From contig OZ037768.1 of the NCBI GenBank assembly GCA_964035545.1, positions 3,008,741 through 3,072,740 on the forward strand: DNA of 64,000 bases, given 5' to 3'. The position numbers and the translations under genes are program-made. The notes beneath the pieces were generated by a model. That model saw only the letters and a program-made list of their open reading frames with translations, was not told the DNA's origin and did not search any database. The stretch is from Bugula neritina. Lineage: Eukaryota > Animalia > Bryozoa. This document shows, in pieces, positions 14,501-25,944 of this stretch (the first letter of the stretch is position 1; every line of letters begins with the position of its first letter).

Positions 14501-17500
14501 TTATTATAATGATACAGTAAATTTGGCTACAGGTATAAATGTAGTTTTTAGTTTGATAAATACATTTGGGAGCTTTTTTGAGAAAATCATTTTTCTTGTT
14601 GCTAAATTAAAAATTCAGTTTAGCTCTTATACTGTTGAGTATTTGTTGAATTAACTTTGGCTACATACAAGTATACATTTTGATACTTACAGTTGATGTT
14701 CTGTACTTACAGTTAAAGCAAGCACAGGATGAGGATATTGGAGATGACAAACACTCTGATCGCAAGACTGAGGAACATCACTTTGTCAACTTGAACGAAG
14801 ACCCTATGCTATCTAATGTCATCTACCATTTTATCAAACCTGGAAAATCTACTGTAGGTCGACAAGACAGGGATGGGAAATCTCGACCTGACATATGTCT
14901 CAGCGGACTTAGGTTAGTTTAACTGTTTGTGACTCATCAGCTGTGTGTCTCATTAGAAATATGACTCATCAAAATTTAATATTAATGATCACTTTAAGTA
15001 CAATATTAGTGATTCATTATGTTTGATATTATTGTCTCACAGTAAGTATAACTATAATGACTCATTGAGGCTATAGTATTACTATGATGATACATGATAA
15101 ATCACAATGATAAAACTGAGTTTAAAACACGACATTTAGCAATAGAGAGTGTAACTAGTAGTTTTCATCAATTGTAGTATTTTATGTGAACATGCAATAT
15201 TAACTCTCAACGATGGAGCGGTGGAACTCAAGCCTGCTGAGAATGGAGCCAAGATAAAGATAAACGGCCAACCAGTTACTGGCACACAAACTCTGGTCAA
15301 CAAAGACAGAGTTTTATTTGGTTCGTTGATAACTTGATAGCAATTGGCAAGTAATAATTATAATAAGGAGAGACCACAACTCCCACACTACTGCTCATAG
15401 TCTAAATCAGTATAACTGGTTATTAATTATTGTGTTTAATCAAACTAGTTATTAGTAGTTGCTGTAAATAAATTTTAATTATGTTTATTCATTTTTAATA
15501 TTTTAGTCAAGTTCTGTTTTCATTATTAAATACAAAGCTAGGAATGGTATAATAAACAGCAACATTTACAAATATTCTTGTTTTTCTCCGACATTTTGCT
15601 TTTAAGTTTGATTTTATTAGAGCTACTTTACAGGTTTCACATAGTGAGTGTTGCATATTAAAAGTTATCACTTTTTTGGACACTTGAAATTTTGTTAATT
15701 ACTTTGTGCAGGTTCTAATCATTTATACGTGTACATAAATCCAAAGAGAGATGACTCGCCGGATGACCTGCCTAAAGATATAACATATGAATTTGCTCAA
15801 AAGGAAATTGCTCAAGCCAAAGGTTTTGCTACTGGTTCAACGGCTGGTCTAACAAAAGGTATTAACAGATAACTCCCTGTTTTACCGTTACAGTTTCTTA
15901 GTCAGTCTGAGTAGAAAGATATTCTAATAGACAGTCTAGTAAAGTGTATATTCACTAAACATTTTCCTGCTTTTGCCATAGCATTAATGTCTATTCAAAA
16001 TTATTTTTATAGAGCAACAGATTGTGCAGGAACAAGTTCTAGAGATCTTGCCAATGGTGTCAGAGGTCAATGCCATATCTGAAGAGCTCGAGAAGTACAG
16101 GTCGTTTGAAGTAGTGCTGCTGAGTGCGGCAGCACGAGGAAATACGACTACGGGCTCAAGGTGAGTGGCCAATCAACTGCTTTGTTATATAACTGTAGTA
16201 TTGGGTACTCTTTGTAACCCCACATTACCTTCCTCTGCATATATGTAGTGAAACTTAAGCTATTATTGACTTACTGTAGTTACATATCACTAAGATATAC
16301 ATATTCTCTGTGCTTGCATTGAGCGGCGTATAACTCACCCTGTGACTCATAGACATATTCCATACTATTAGCTGTTGTATTGTTTCTATGGTAACCTGAC
16401 AGAAGCACCAATTAGATTATTATCTTTTTCTGTGCTTCAGGGCTGAAGATGTCACACGGTAATTTTTGCTTCCTGTTTATTAAAACAACTCTAACTAAAT
16501 TATTTGCTCACTTGTATTGTGAAACATATTTATAACATAGTATGTTAGAGTAAATTTAGAATGCCCAGCTTTTTAATAATGAGAGAACAACTTCTATACT
16601 ACCCACTCTAGTCTCCACAATTACTAACAACTTAGCCTCTAGCTCTCACAACTATGGCATATTGCATTTGTTAACCAACGCACCATGTAGGACCCCCACT
16701 TATTACAACCATCAACAGCACTGCTAATTCTAACTGACTCTATTTAACTTCTTTTTATGTGTCTTTGTCATAACACGCTTCAAGAACCAACTCAAGTTAC
16801 TGACAATTGAAAGTTAAATGTGGTGCAGCAAGTTTCTGAATAATTGATGAAAAACCAATCAAGTCTATTTATAGCATACCAAATCACGAATTAATTAAAA
16901 TGTTACTGTTTTACATTTACTACAATAATTTTTCAATCATTTATTTTTTGCTGTATAAAGTTTTAGAGTTGTGCTAAAATTTGTTTATTTTATTTTTTAA
17001 AGTCTACTATTTTTCCAAAATATAATACTATTTTAAATATATTTTTTTCTTTTATATTTAGCAACTTTCAAAGAGAAGTCAAGTTAGTTGAAGTATATTT
17101 AGACATGCGTTGCGTATTGTTTTATGTGTTCTAGTGACACAAATGTGGTGTCTCTGGTCGTCTTAGAGTCACTGTATGTTGTCGCGCCACTTTCTAATTT
17201 TAGCTTCTCTCTTATTTGTGTTTAGATTTGCATTTTAATTCTGCGGAAAGGTTTGCTTTTAATGCTCATGACATCTACTAGCTTTAGCATTCAGCTACAG
17301 GAAATCTTTTTGCATCAGTTAGAAAAATCTAGCCCTGATTCTGAAAATTTTATATCTGATAGGACAATTACCAATATTGGTATTAATATTGTAATGGTTC
17401 TTCTATTTATTCAAGTCACTTCACAATGTGACTGAATATAGAGTAGTTACTGTCGACATCACAATGATCTTCATTTGCTGATCTCTGTGTGAAAGCATAA

Positions 17501-20500
17501 ACATTTCAATCAACAAATACTCTTGTGAAATGTCAAGCTATATTTAATTTAAGATACATATAATAGCTGTGTATTCATAAGTTAGTATTAACTGACATGA
17601 CAATTTTCAACATGTAAGACCTAGCGAAAAAATATCGTTTACTTTTTCAAGATCTTGCAGAATATACCCAATAACTTGCATATATTATTAGCCTTTCTGT
17701 CATACAAAATATCACATTTACTTTCAGTGTTATGGTAAAAATGAAGAACCTTCTAAACAGCAATACTTGGTTGTGGGAGAGAGGAAAGTTCATGAACAGA
17801 CGTTATATTATGCAGGTTAGACTGTGTTCTGTGAATAAGTTACGCACATGTGAATCACAAATTCAAATACATTTTGGACTGCTTATAACTCAGGCATTGT
17901 AAGACTCCATTACTGTATGCAACTATAACTAAAGTGTAAACAAGGTGCAGTCAGAGTGAGAAGTATGTGTGGTGTCTCTGCAGGAGATGTACCAGAGATG
18001 GCTGGACGGAGAAGATGTGTCTAAAACTCAACAGGCAGATGATCCGTTCTGGGAGCCAACTGAAGATGTGCTTATTGGTGAGTTGTCTTCTCTTATATTT
18101 AAGTAAGTAGTAGTTGTCTTCTTTTACTAGTCACTCAAACTTTCAAACCCATTTTATTGTAGCACTTAAATTTGCATTACTAAAATATGCTGAATTTTTT
18201 CAAATGAAATTAATCATTTGTTACTTGCAGCAAATTAGATTCTATCATTTATCAATTTATATTAAAATACTTGCTCAACCTAATTGACTTTAAAAGTGCT
18301 GATAAAATGTTTACATGTTTAATTTAGGTTGAGTTTTATTACAATGCTAATGATTTCAACTATTGGTTGTAAATTTTTGATATAAAAGCTATATCTTTCC
18401 TCTACTCAAGTCATATTACTTCGCGTTAGCAACTTTTTTCCATTAGCTCTGTATGAGAAGCTGGTGGGTTTCTTTATATAACTCTCCATTAGCAGCACAA
18501 GTCACTTATGTACATGACTCCTTAGTTCTGTATAAATTAGGTTAGAGCGGCATGATTTAGCAGATTTGAATTTACGAATGGCAAAAATACTTTGCAGGTA
18601 AAATCATGTGATATGTTTTTCCTATTTTTATATCAACAAAACTATGCAATCTTGTAGAGTTCCAATTACATGTCGGTATAAAATATCTCATATTCTCTCA
18701 AATTTTCTCACATTATCTCATATTCTCTCACATTATCTCATATTCTCTCACATTCTCTCATATTCTCTCAAATTCTCTCACATTCTCTCATATTCTAGGT
18801 ACCACCAACATGTACCTACGGTTCCTTTGTTTCCCCATGGATTTTGATTATCAAGCCCCAGTGAAGGACTACAAAGGTCAGGATGAAGGCATCATCAACC
18901 TCTATATCACTCCCTGTACTGCAGCTGGGAAAGATATACAAGATTTAGACCTCATTGCTAGTGAGTCACCAGATCCCGAAGAGGCTGTTGAAGAGCTGCG
19001 AGGAAAACCATTCAACTTCAAGGTAAAGTGCTTATACACTGTTTGTATTTTTGTTAGCTGTCACCTGAATTTCTCATTCTATCACTTTGATCAATATATT
19101 CCGATCTTTTCGAAGATAATTTGCTCATTTTGTACAACTATAGCATGTAGTCAAGGCTGTAATCTTTCAATAATTCAATGAAATTTCATTAAAAGTCTAA
19201 TTTTTTTCTGTTTAATTGGTTAAAGAAAATCTTTTCTAAAATTTTGCTCTTATAGTCATTTTACTTTTGTGTGTGTTCAGATCGATATCCTTAGTGCCAA
19301 AGTAGATAAAGCCCGCTTCTCTAAAGGTCTCAAAGTCAAGTATAAAATGTTCCACGAAAAAGATGAAACTGAGACTAAAATGATTAAAGGAACGCTGAAC
19401 CCCGAGTTTAAACATTCCAAGTAAGTGAATCCATTTAATTAACTATATTTACCGAGGTGGGTGCAGTAATGGAAATATTGAAATAGCTGTGTTCTAGATT
19501 AGAAATGTAAGATAAGAAGTTATCTTCTCGCAAGAATTTCAATCCGCGCTCCAAAATTAAAGATTTTAGACTATCTCAATTTCTTCACTGCTGCTCCTAA
19601 CTGTATTCAACTTCAGTATCAGCAGGTTGAATGTGGCTAATTCAAATGGCCATGTAATGTCGAACAGAAAAATTATTTTTATAATTTCAGTTTATTGAGC
19701 TTTAAATTAACTTTTAAAATTTGTTAGACAGTTAGTGAATGAACTGTGATTACGAATTGTTTTATTCCAGAGTTGTGAAGATTTCGTCAGTCACTCAAGA
19801 ATGGGTGGACTTCTTCTTGTCTGGTCATGTGACGTTTGAGTTGTACGGTCTGCAGCAAGAGTCGAGTAACGATGCCAAGCTGGCCAAGATGTCTACTAAG
19901 GTATTACTGTATATCGGTTAATGTCAATAAGTCCAGGGCAAACAATTTGTTAGCTTTTTACATCAAGATGGTAATATAGCACACCTTTTTTGTCAATACG
20001 TCATTAAATCATTAAATTTGCTGTTTTTGTGCACAGTTTTTTCTAAGTTCTTGGTTTCAAAAGATAGAAAATTGTAGTTCTAGAAAAGATTTTAGCTCTA
20101 CAGAAAACATTCTTAGTTCGAATAAAGTGGTTTTCGTTCTGAATAAATAAAAGCTCATTAAAAAATTCTTAATTTAAGTAATTAACCTTACAACTGTTCA
20201 CATAAGTCATGTGTCATATATACTAAGTTCTATAAATTATATAACCAGCTGTCTTCTGGTACGGTTTCAGGAGCTTCGGCAATTAGAGCAGTTGCAGAAA
20301 ACCTCTCAGATTCAGAGACGGGAAACAACATTTAGTCTGAACACTGGTGCCGCTGACAATGATAGTAAACTTAAGTCAGAGTTTGTATTGTTGGAGAGGA
20401 AGTATGAAAGGCTAGTACAGAAAGAGAGAAGACTGCAGGTATCGATATGTCATTATTAGAAAACTGTTTCTAAATTTCATATTCTCAAATTTAGAAGAGT

Positions 20501-23500
20501 TGTCTTCTTTTTAAAGAATGAATTGCCCATAATTGTAATTTGCAAATAATAATTTTAATTTGATATACTACAAAACTCTAAAAATAAATGCACTGTGAAA
20601 CCATGTTACTTTAAAATTTATTCTTCGTAATAAGAAGGTTTACTTGAAGAATTTTATTTAATTATATAAAGATTAAAAGATCTGAATTTTTATTAATTGT
20701 AAAGGAATTGTTCATTATATTTGTTTATGTAACCTATGGTTTCATCAGCAATATTTTTGCATTATTCAGTATGCCATTTTATGTGGTGGTCGTTTTTGTT
20801 TTTGCAAAAGAAGGCAACTTCCAGTATTTTTATGCAAAAGATATTAATTGAAGTTGTGTTATCAATTGAATAATATATTCATACAGTATTATAATAATTA
20901 TTTAGGAAGCATAATATGAAGAATGCAGTAATATACATTTATAAGCCACTGCATTGTAATTGCTATTGAGAAAGTCTTGAATTTTAAGCTGATACTGAAT
21001 TATTTCATTAACTCATCTTTTAAAATTGTGAAATCCTATTTTAATTATTATTTCTAATATTCGTATCATAGTTCTACTACAGGTTTATGAGCCATCAGCT
21101 TGCTGTGTAAATATTCGAAAACATTTAGTTTATTTAGCTGTGACTGTTTTACAGCAAATTTGTGATGATTGGGCAAATAAGCCCGAAGATGCTCAACAGT
21201 TTGAGCCGTTTTACAGAGCTGTGTCTGCCGTAGCGCACAGCTCTGGTATAAAGCTCAAAACGAGAGCACAACTCCTCACAAAGGTACTCAATGGGTGGGA
21301 GGAAACTCTCTTTAATGCAGTAGGAGTGTAGAGGGTAGAGATATGAAAGGGGGTTCAAGCTCATAATATAGTATTTCAAATCCTAATTTTATATCAAGTT
21401 TTGGTGCAAAGATTTCAGCTTGACTTCTTCACCAATCTCTACCCAGTTACACTATAGATCTACCCAGCCACACTGTAGATCTACTGCGTACTAATCCACT
21501 TTTAGAGTAGTGCTTTGGGCTTTACACTCCTTTATTTTGCTACTTCAGTTATTATGTGAGGAATGGAAATCGAAATCTGACGCGGAAAAGCTTTTTAAAC
21601 CGTTTCACACGGCTGTGCACAATCTGGTGGCTGCCGGTGCTGCCACCGTAAGTGACGAGCACAGGAGAACGTCAGTGGTGCTGACTCAGGTAATTCTCGC
21701 ATGAAATGATGCCATTCTGGCCAGTAATGTGTTACTAATGGTACTTTGTAGCTCATTATGTATGTACGTGTTGACCCCCCTCCCCTATCTCTATATACAC
21801 CACTTGCTTACAAATAACATCTAGTTGGTAGAAAAATCAGTGCTTTGCTATTTACACCCCTTTCTGTTTAATGTAGAACAGTACGTGTGCACTTAGATAC
21901 TTTCTTGTTTCTCCTTGACCTCTACAATATGTTTTCATGAGTTGAAAGTATCGTGTTTCAAATCACTGCACTGTTTCATCATCATTTCTCTTCACCAGCA
22001 AGCTACACACAAACTATCACTGATAATCATTGACTTATTTTTTACCTGCAACCAGTTGCTACTTCAATTTATACTTTACTTTTCTTCTTTTACTTCATCT
22101 GCAATTTTGTTCTAAATAGTAAATTATATTGTTTAGTGAGCTATATTTTTGTATGATTTTTTCTGTATCATTTGTGCTCATTTTAGATTTTATGCATGGG
22201 TTTTAGTAGCAAGATTTTCACCTTCAAAATTCAAAATTTAGTAAAATCTTTTCAAATAATTTGTTAAATTTTAAAATTTTAATTTGGTGTCTCTTGCTGA
22301 AAAATAACTGCACTTTCTCTAGTTTTTTAGTGTTTCTGCATTTGCTATCCTAACCAGTCGTGTGTAGTTTGAAAATAAGTTACACGTTAGATAATCGTCT
22401 GCACTTTAGCTAATCTCTCCTGCTCCTTAATACACCATCTTTACATACATAATGAGCTCTAAAGTATTGAAAATCATCCAGAAGTATTTTTATTCAACTC
22501 GTTATAAAACTCGAAACTCACACAGCTTGGACTTCTGATACCTTCCTCACATAATAGCCTGAAACTGGTTGCAGGTAACACCTAGTCTGTAAGCTCTTTC
22601 ATCTAACCAATCCTCTACTCTTTTACTAATTATTTATGTTAAAAAACTCACGCAAGTTTATTTGCGTGAGTTTTTGTTTAATTTCTTATTTATAAACTTG
22701 TGATTTGAAAAGAACATTCAAACTGATTGTTCTTTTGAAAGCCAGGCATCTTCTTGTTTTAGTAAAAAATTGTGACTGTATGCTCCCCACACTCTAATTC
22801 TTTTCTAATTTCCAGTCATCCTTTCGTTTTAGTAATTAGTTAATCATAATTTTCAAACTCAACTGAAGTCTATGATGTACATATGTATATAATTACTAAA
22901 CTTTAGTTTAGTATGAAGTATGCATGATATATGTCTATAAATTTGGTAAATATATTTCACAATTAAATTTGCAATATAATATGAGAAATTGGTGGATAAA
23001 CAAGATATAGGTTTAAATACTTTAACACCTACATGTTAAATATTCAAATGTAAGTGTAGTCTTATTTTAGCCTCAGCTCTAATAAATATTTTCAGTATAA
23101 GAAGTTGTCTTTTCTTAAACAAAAATTTTCCAAACTTGAATGTAAAACTAAAATGAGTTAAGTAAATAATAGATCTACTAATTTTAATTATAATATGTCC
23201 CTAGTAAACTGTTGGTTGGTGCTTTGATTTTAAACTTTTTTTTCATGTGTTGTTTTCTATCGTATAGCAGAGGGTAACGTGTTGTACTATTATTTTTAGT
23301 CGTTGACTCATTGTATTTCAGATCATCGCTGGGCAAAAAGCTCTCAAAGATCGCCAACTTGGCGACTCAACTACCGTAAGCCACCCAACCCTCCTTTTTT
23401 TAGCATGAATATTGTCTGCCAGCACACGCCAAGTGTCTGACAGCACGCGCCAAGTGTCTGACAGCACACGCCAAGTGTCTGTCAGCACATGCCAAGTGTC

Positions 23501-24442
23501 TGCTTAATCACACGTTGATTTTGGTTCTGGATTTCCTGCATGCAATCTATATTTGTTTTGCTCTAAACTGTATCAAAAGTTGTAGCACAGATGCTCTGGT
23601 TATTGATTTCTCTTAGCATATGGAATAACCAAAGAGTACACAACTTCATATTCTATAAGTAGTTTGTAATGGCTCTATATTCTCCCACACAATACTGCTC
23701 CTCTGTTCTCTACACTGATTATACAACTCCCCCCAGCTACCAGTTAACCAGACTTCTTATGTCAAGCCCAGATGTAAAGTCTTAGTAACTCCTCCTTTAC
23801 TATAATATTAGTGTTGGGTTATCAACACATCTTTGTGTAGTATTGCATGTTGTGACATCACAGTTTATATCCGCCATATCTGATTCAGATGCTGCATTTA
23901 ATAACCTTTTTGTCTCTGATCATCTAATGCCTTTTCTTCAATGTTTCAATTGCATGGAATGCTGCTAATTGGCTGTACTATGATAATTGTGAGTGATGTG
24001 TAATTATTATGCCAACAGCTTTACAATGGGCACATTATTGTGGTGTTTAACATAAATGTTATATAAAATATGGTAGAACCTTTAACAAGGATGTATTCAG
24101 TCAAACTCAGATTACAGGGTCTTCTATTGATGCTCTTACTATACAAGAAGTGCTTTTGCTTGCTCAGCTTTCAATTATTATTGTTTTCATCTCTGTATTC
24201 AGTATTTTGTTTTTAGTTAATTTTATCTTCACTTAAGTTGAGTATTTTTCTAAAGGTAAATATTATGTATAACCGATTGTGAAAACAGAAACTGTACTGT
24301 ATATTTACAATGAAATATTTATTCTAAATGAATATGTTATTTACTGCAGGTGTTACAAGCAAACAAACAAGGTAAAAATGGATCAGCTGTGAAAGGATCA
24401 TCTCCAGACGCATCAGGAAGTAAAGCGTGTACGCTAATGTGA
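2544..24442 (+). CDS. KIF28: Kinesin-3 family motor, KIF28/KLP-6-like (motor domain, coiled coil, FHA domain, C2-like/tail region), multi-exon
   Basis: In-frame exons with matching phases: 2544-2554, 4092-4130, 4332-4408, 4532-4548, 4856-4878, 5640-5764, 7048-7193, 8395-8581, 9557-9709, 10079-10176, 10336-10502, 11019-11100 (GC donor), 11336-11411, [12920-12937], [13335-13358], 14124-14224, 14713-14912, 15178-15320, 15712-15858, 16013-16160, [16441-16458], 17728-17815, 17984-18077, 18799-19022, 19281-19420, 19771-19900, 20271-20438, 21155-21283 or 21549-21689, 23322-23375, 24350-24442. Motifs: [24 protein letters not shown]-loop GQTGSGKS, switch I NATSSRAH, switch [20 protein letters not shown] lead-in [31 protein letters not shown] and DDPFWEP, which are typical of KIF28-type tails. 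The subfamily call is from recognition, not a search. Confidence 0.9.
4908..5162. repeat. Intronic minisatellite (12-bp GATAGTACYGCA units, then ~20-bp GCAGTGCAGATATGCATATA units)
   Basis: Directly visible tandem units; source of the spurious ORF 4850-5194. Confidence 0.85.
9792..9935. repeat. Intronic minisatellite (~35-bp TACATAGTACAGTGTATATAATACATAAC-type unit)
   Basis: About four degenerate tandem copies visible. Confidence 0.75.
10725..11018. repeat. TATACTG-type degenerate tandem repeat running up to a splice acceptor
   Basis: Tandem TATACTG/TATGCTG units ending at cactgtAG (11018). Confidence 0.8.
11454..11467. promoter_or_regulatory. RFX X-box motif GTTGCTATGGTAAC (intronic)
   Basis: 14-bp match to the GTYNCY-AT-RGNAAC consensus; similar sites at 16382-16395, 24885-24898 and 31169-31182. 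Function untested. Confidence 0.4.
18684..18798. repeat. 10-bp TATTCTCTCA minisatellite ending at a splice acceptor
   Basis: About 11 tandem units; the final unit tattctAG is the acceptor of exon 18799. Confidence 0.85.
23419..23503. repeat. 21-bp tandem repeat CAGCACACGCCAAGTGTCTGN x4
   Basis: Directly visible. Confidence 0.85.
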
Positions 24443-25944
24443 AAACCTTGAAGACAATCATACGACATATCTTGAAAATTTTTAAAATTATTGAAATAGA
24501 TTTTTTATTTATGTATTCTATGTTCTACTAAACACATGCAGTTATAATTTTGTAATCATTCAATTAAACATTGTTTATTCATGTATTTTGAGTAATGGCT
24601 TACAATAGCAATTGCATGCATAAGCACTGATTAGATCTAAACCAACTCATCTTATACAGTTTTTTCTTATATTGACTGGTGGTGTGATAATTGGGGTTTC
24701 AAGTGTACTGGTGTAAATTATTTAATAATCATCATGGTGCATCACACTCTCAACTTTGTGTCAAATCTTATATTTTTATAAATCATTTCAATTGTATTTT
24801 TCTCTGAAGGCTTTTTTAACTCAATCTTTTGTGATAAATCACTGATTTGAATTATTGGTCTTCAAATATGCAAATATAACAATTGTTACTATGGTAACGA
24901 TAGTTCTATTTTTGTTCTTTTCAGTGGTCTTGTCATTGTTTTTTTTTCATTTAAAAATGTTTATGGTATTTGTTTAGGCATAATTGTATAACTTTACAAG
25001 ATTTCATAATTGCGATGATTTTATTACATTTTCATAAACTGTCTTTTTGATTATTGTGCATTAGTATTTGTCACAAAAGTTTGATTTTTAAACTTTGCCA
25101 ATTTATCACTTTCCATGAATAAAATGTCCTGTGATATACAGTATGAACTGTTCAGTATTGTTATTCGCATTTGGAGTTGTCTTTTAGATTATGTGCACTA
25201 TCTAACATCACTTCCACTGATAAATCTAAAGCACTGTGACAGTCATGATTCTATGTAAAGGAGCAATCTGAAAAATAGAGCTAATCTATCACCGATTGTC
25301 AAAAATTCAATATATCCCTTTGATAATGACACAATTGAGAAAACTAGCAACGTGATGAGCTTTTAAGCTTTTATCCAATGACCAACTGTAAATTATTTTA
25401 GATGTCAAAATTCAGTGAGCGATGTACAGCTAAAATAAGTTGAAATAAATTGTGCAAGACTATAATAAAAGGAAATAATGTACACTTTGGCAGGTTGATT
25501 AAAACTCAACCTTCCTAGCCATTGGCTTTAGTAGAATGCAGATTTGAAGCAATGCAATATGTATGAATAGTTGTCTTTCCTTAAATTAAACAGATAAGTT
25601 GAAGGATTCCAGCAGCTCATTTTCATGTAGATGAAAGTTGCATTCTAGATTCGGGAGAAAAGTATATAAGTAGGTGCATTAAATCTAAAAGGGCACACTG
25701 AATTAAAATTTGAGTTATAATAATATTTCAATCGACATAATATAATATATACATGATACATCTTAGTCTGGACAGTATAGAAGCATCGTTATTACGATTA
25801 TTTGCACACAAGCACCATTTGATTCAGAGACCAGCTGTTATCTACTAGGAGTTGTCATGTGCTATTTAGCTTTCCGAATGCATTCGATCACAGTAAATTA
25901 CCCACAATCCGTAAAACAACCGCTTGCATTCAGATTGAATAAAA

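Noticed and set aside
23268-23273. Possible 6-nt (or 3-nt) micro-exon CAGAGG|gtaacg in KIF28
   Set aside because: Frame-compatible, but it would leave only a 48-nt downstream intron; not supportable without reads.
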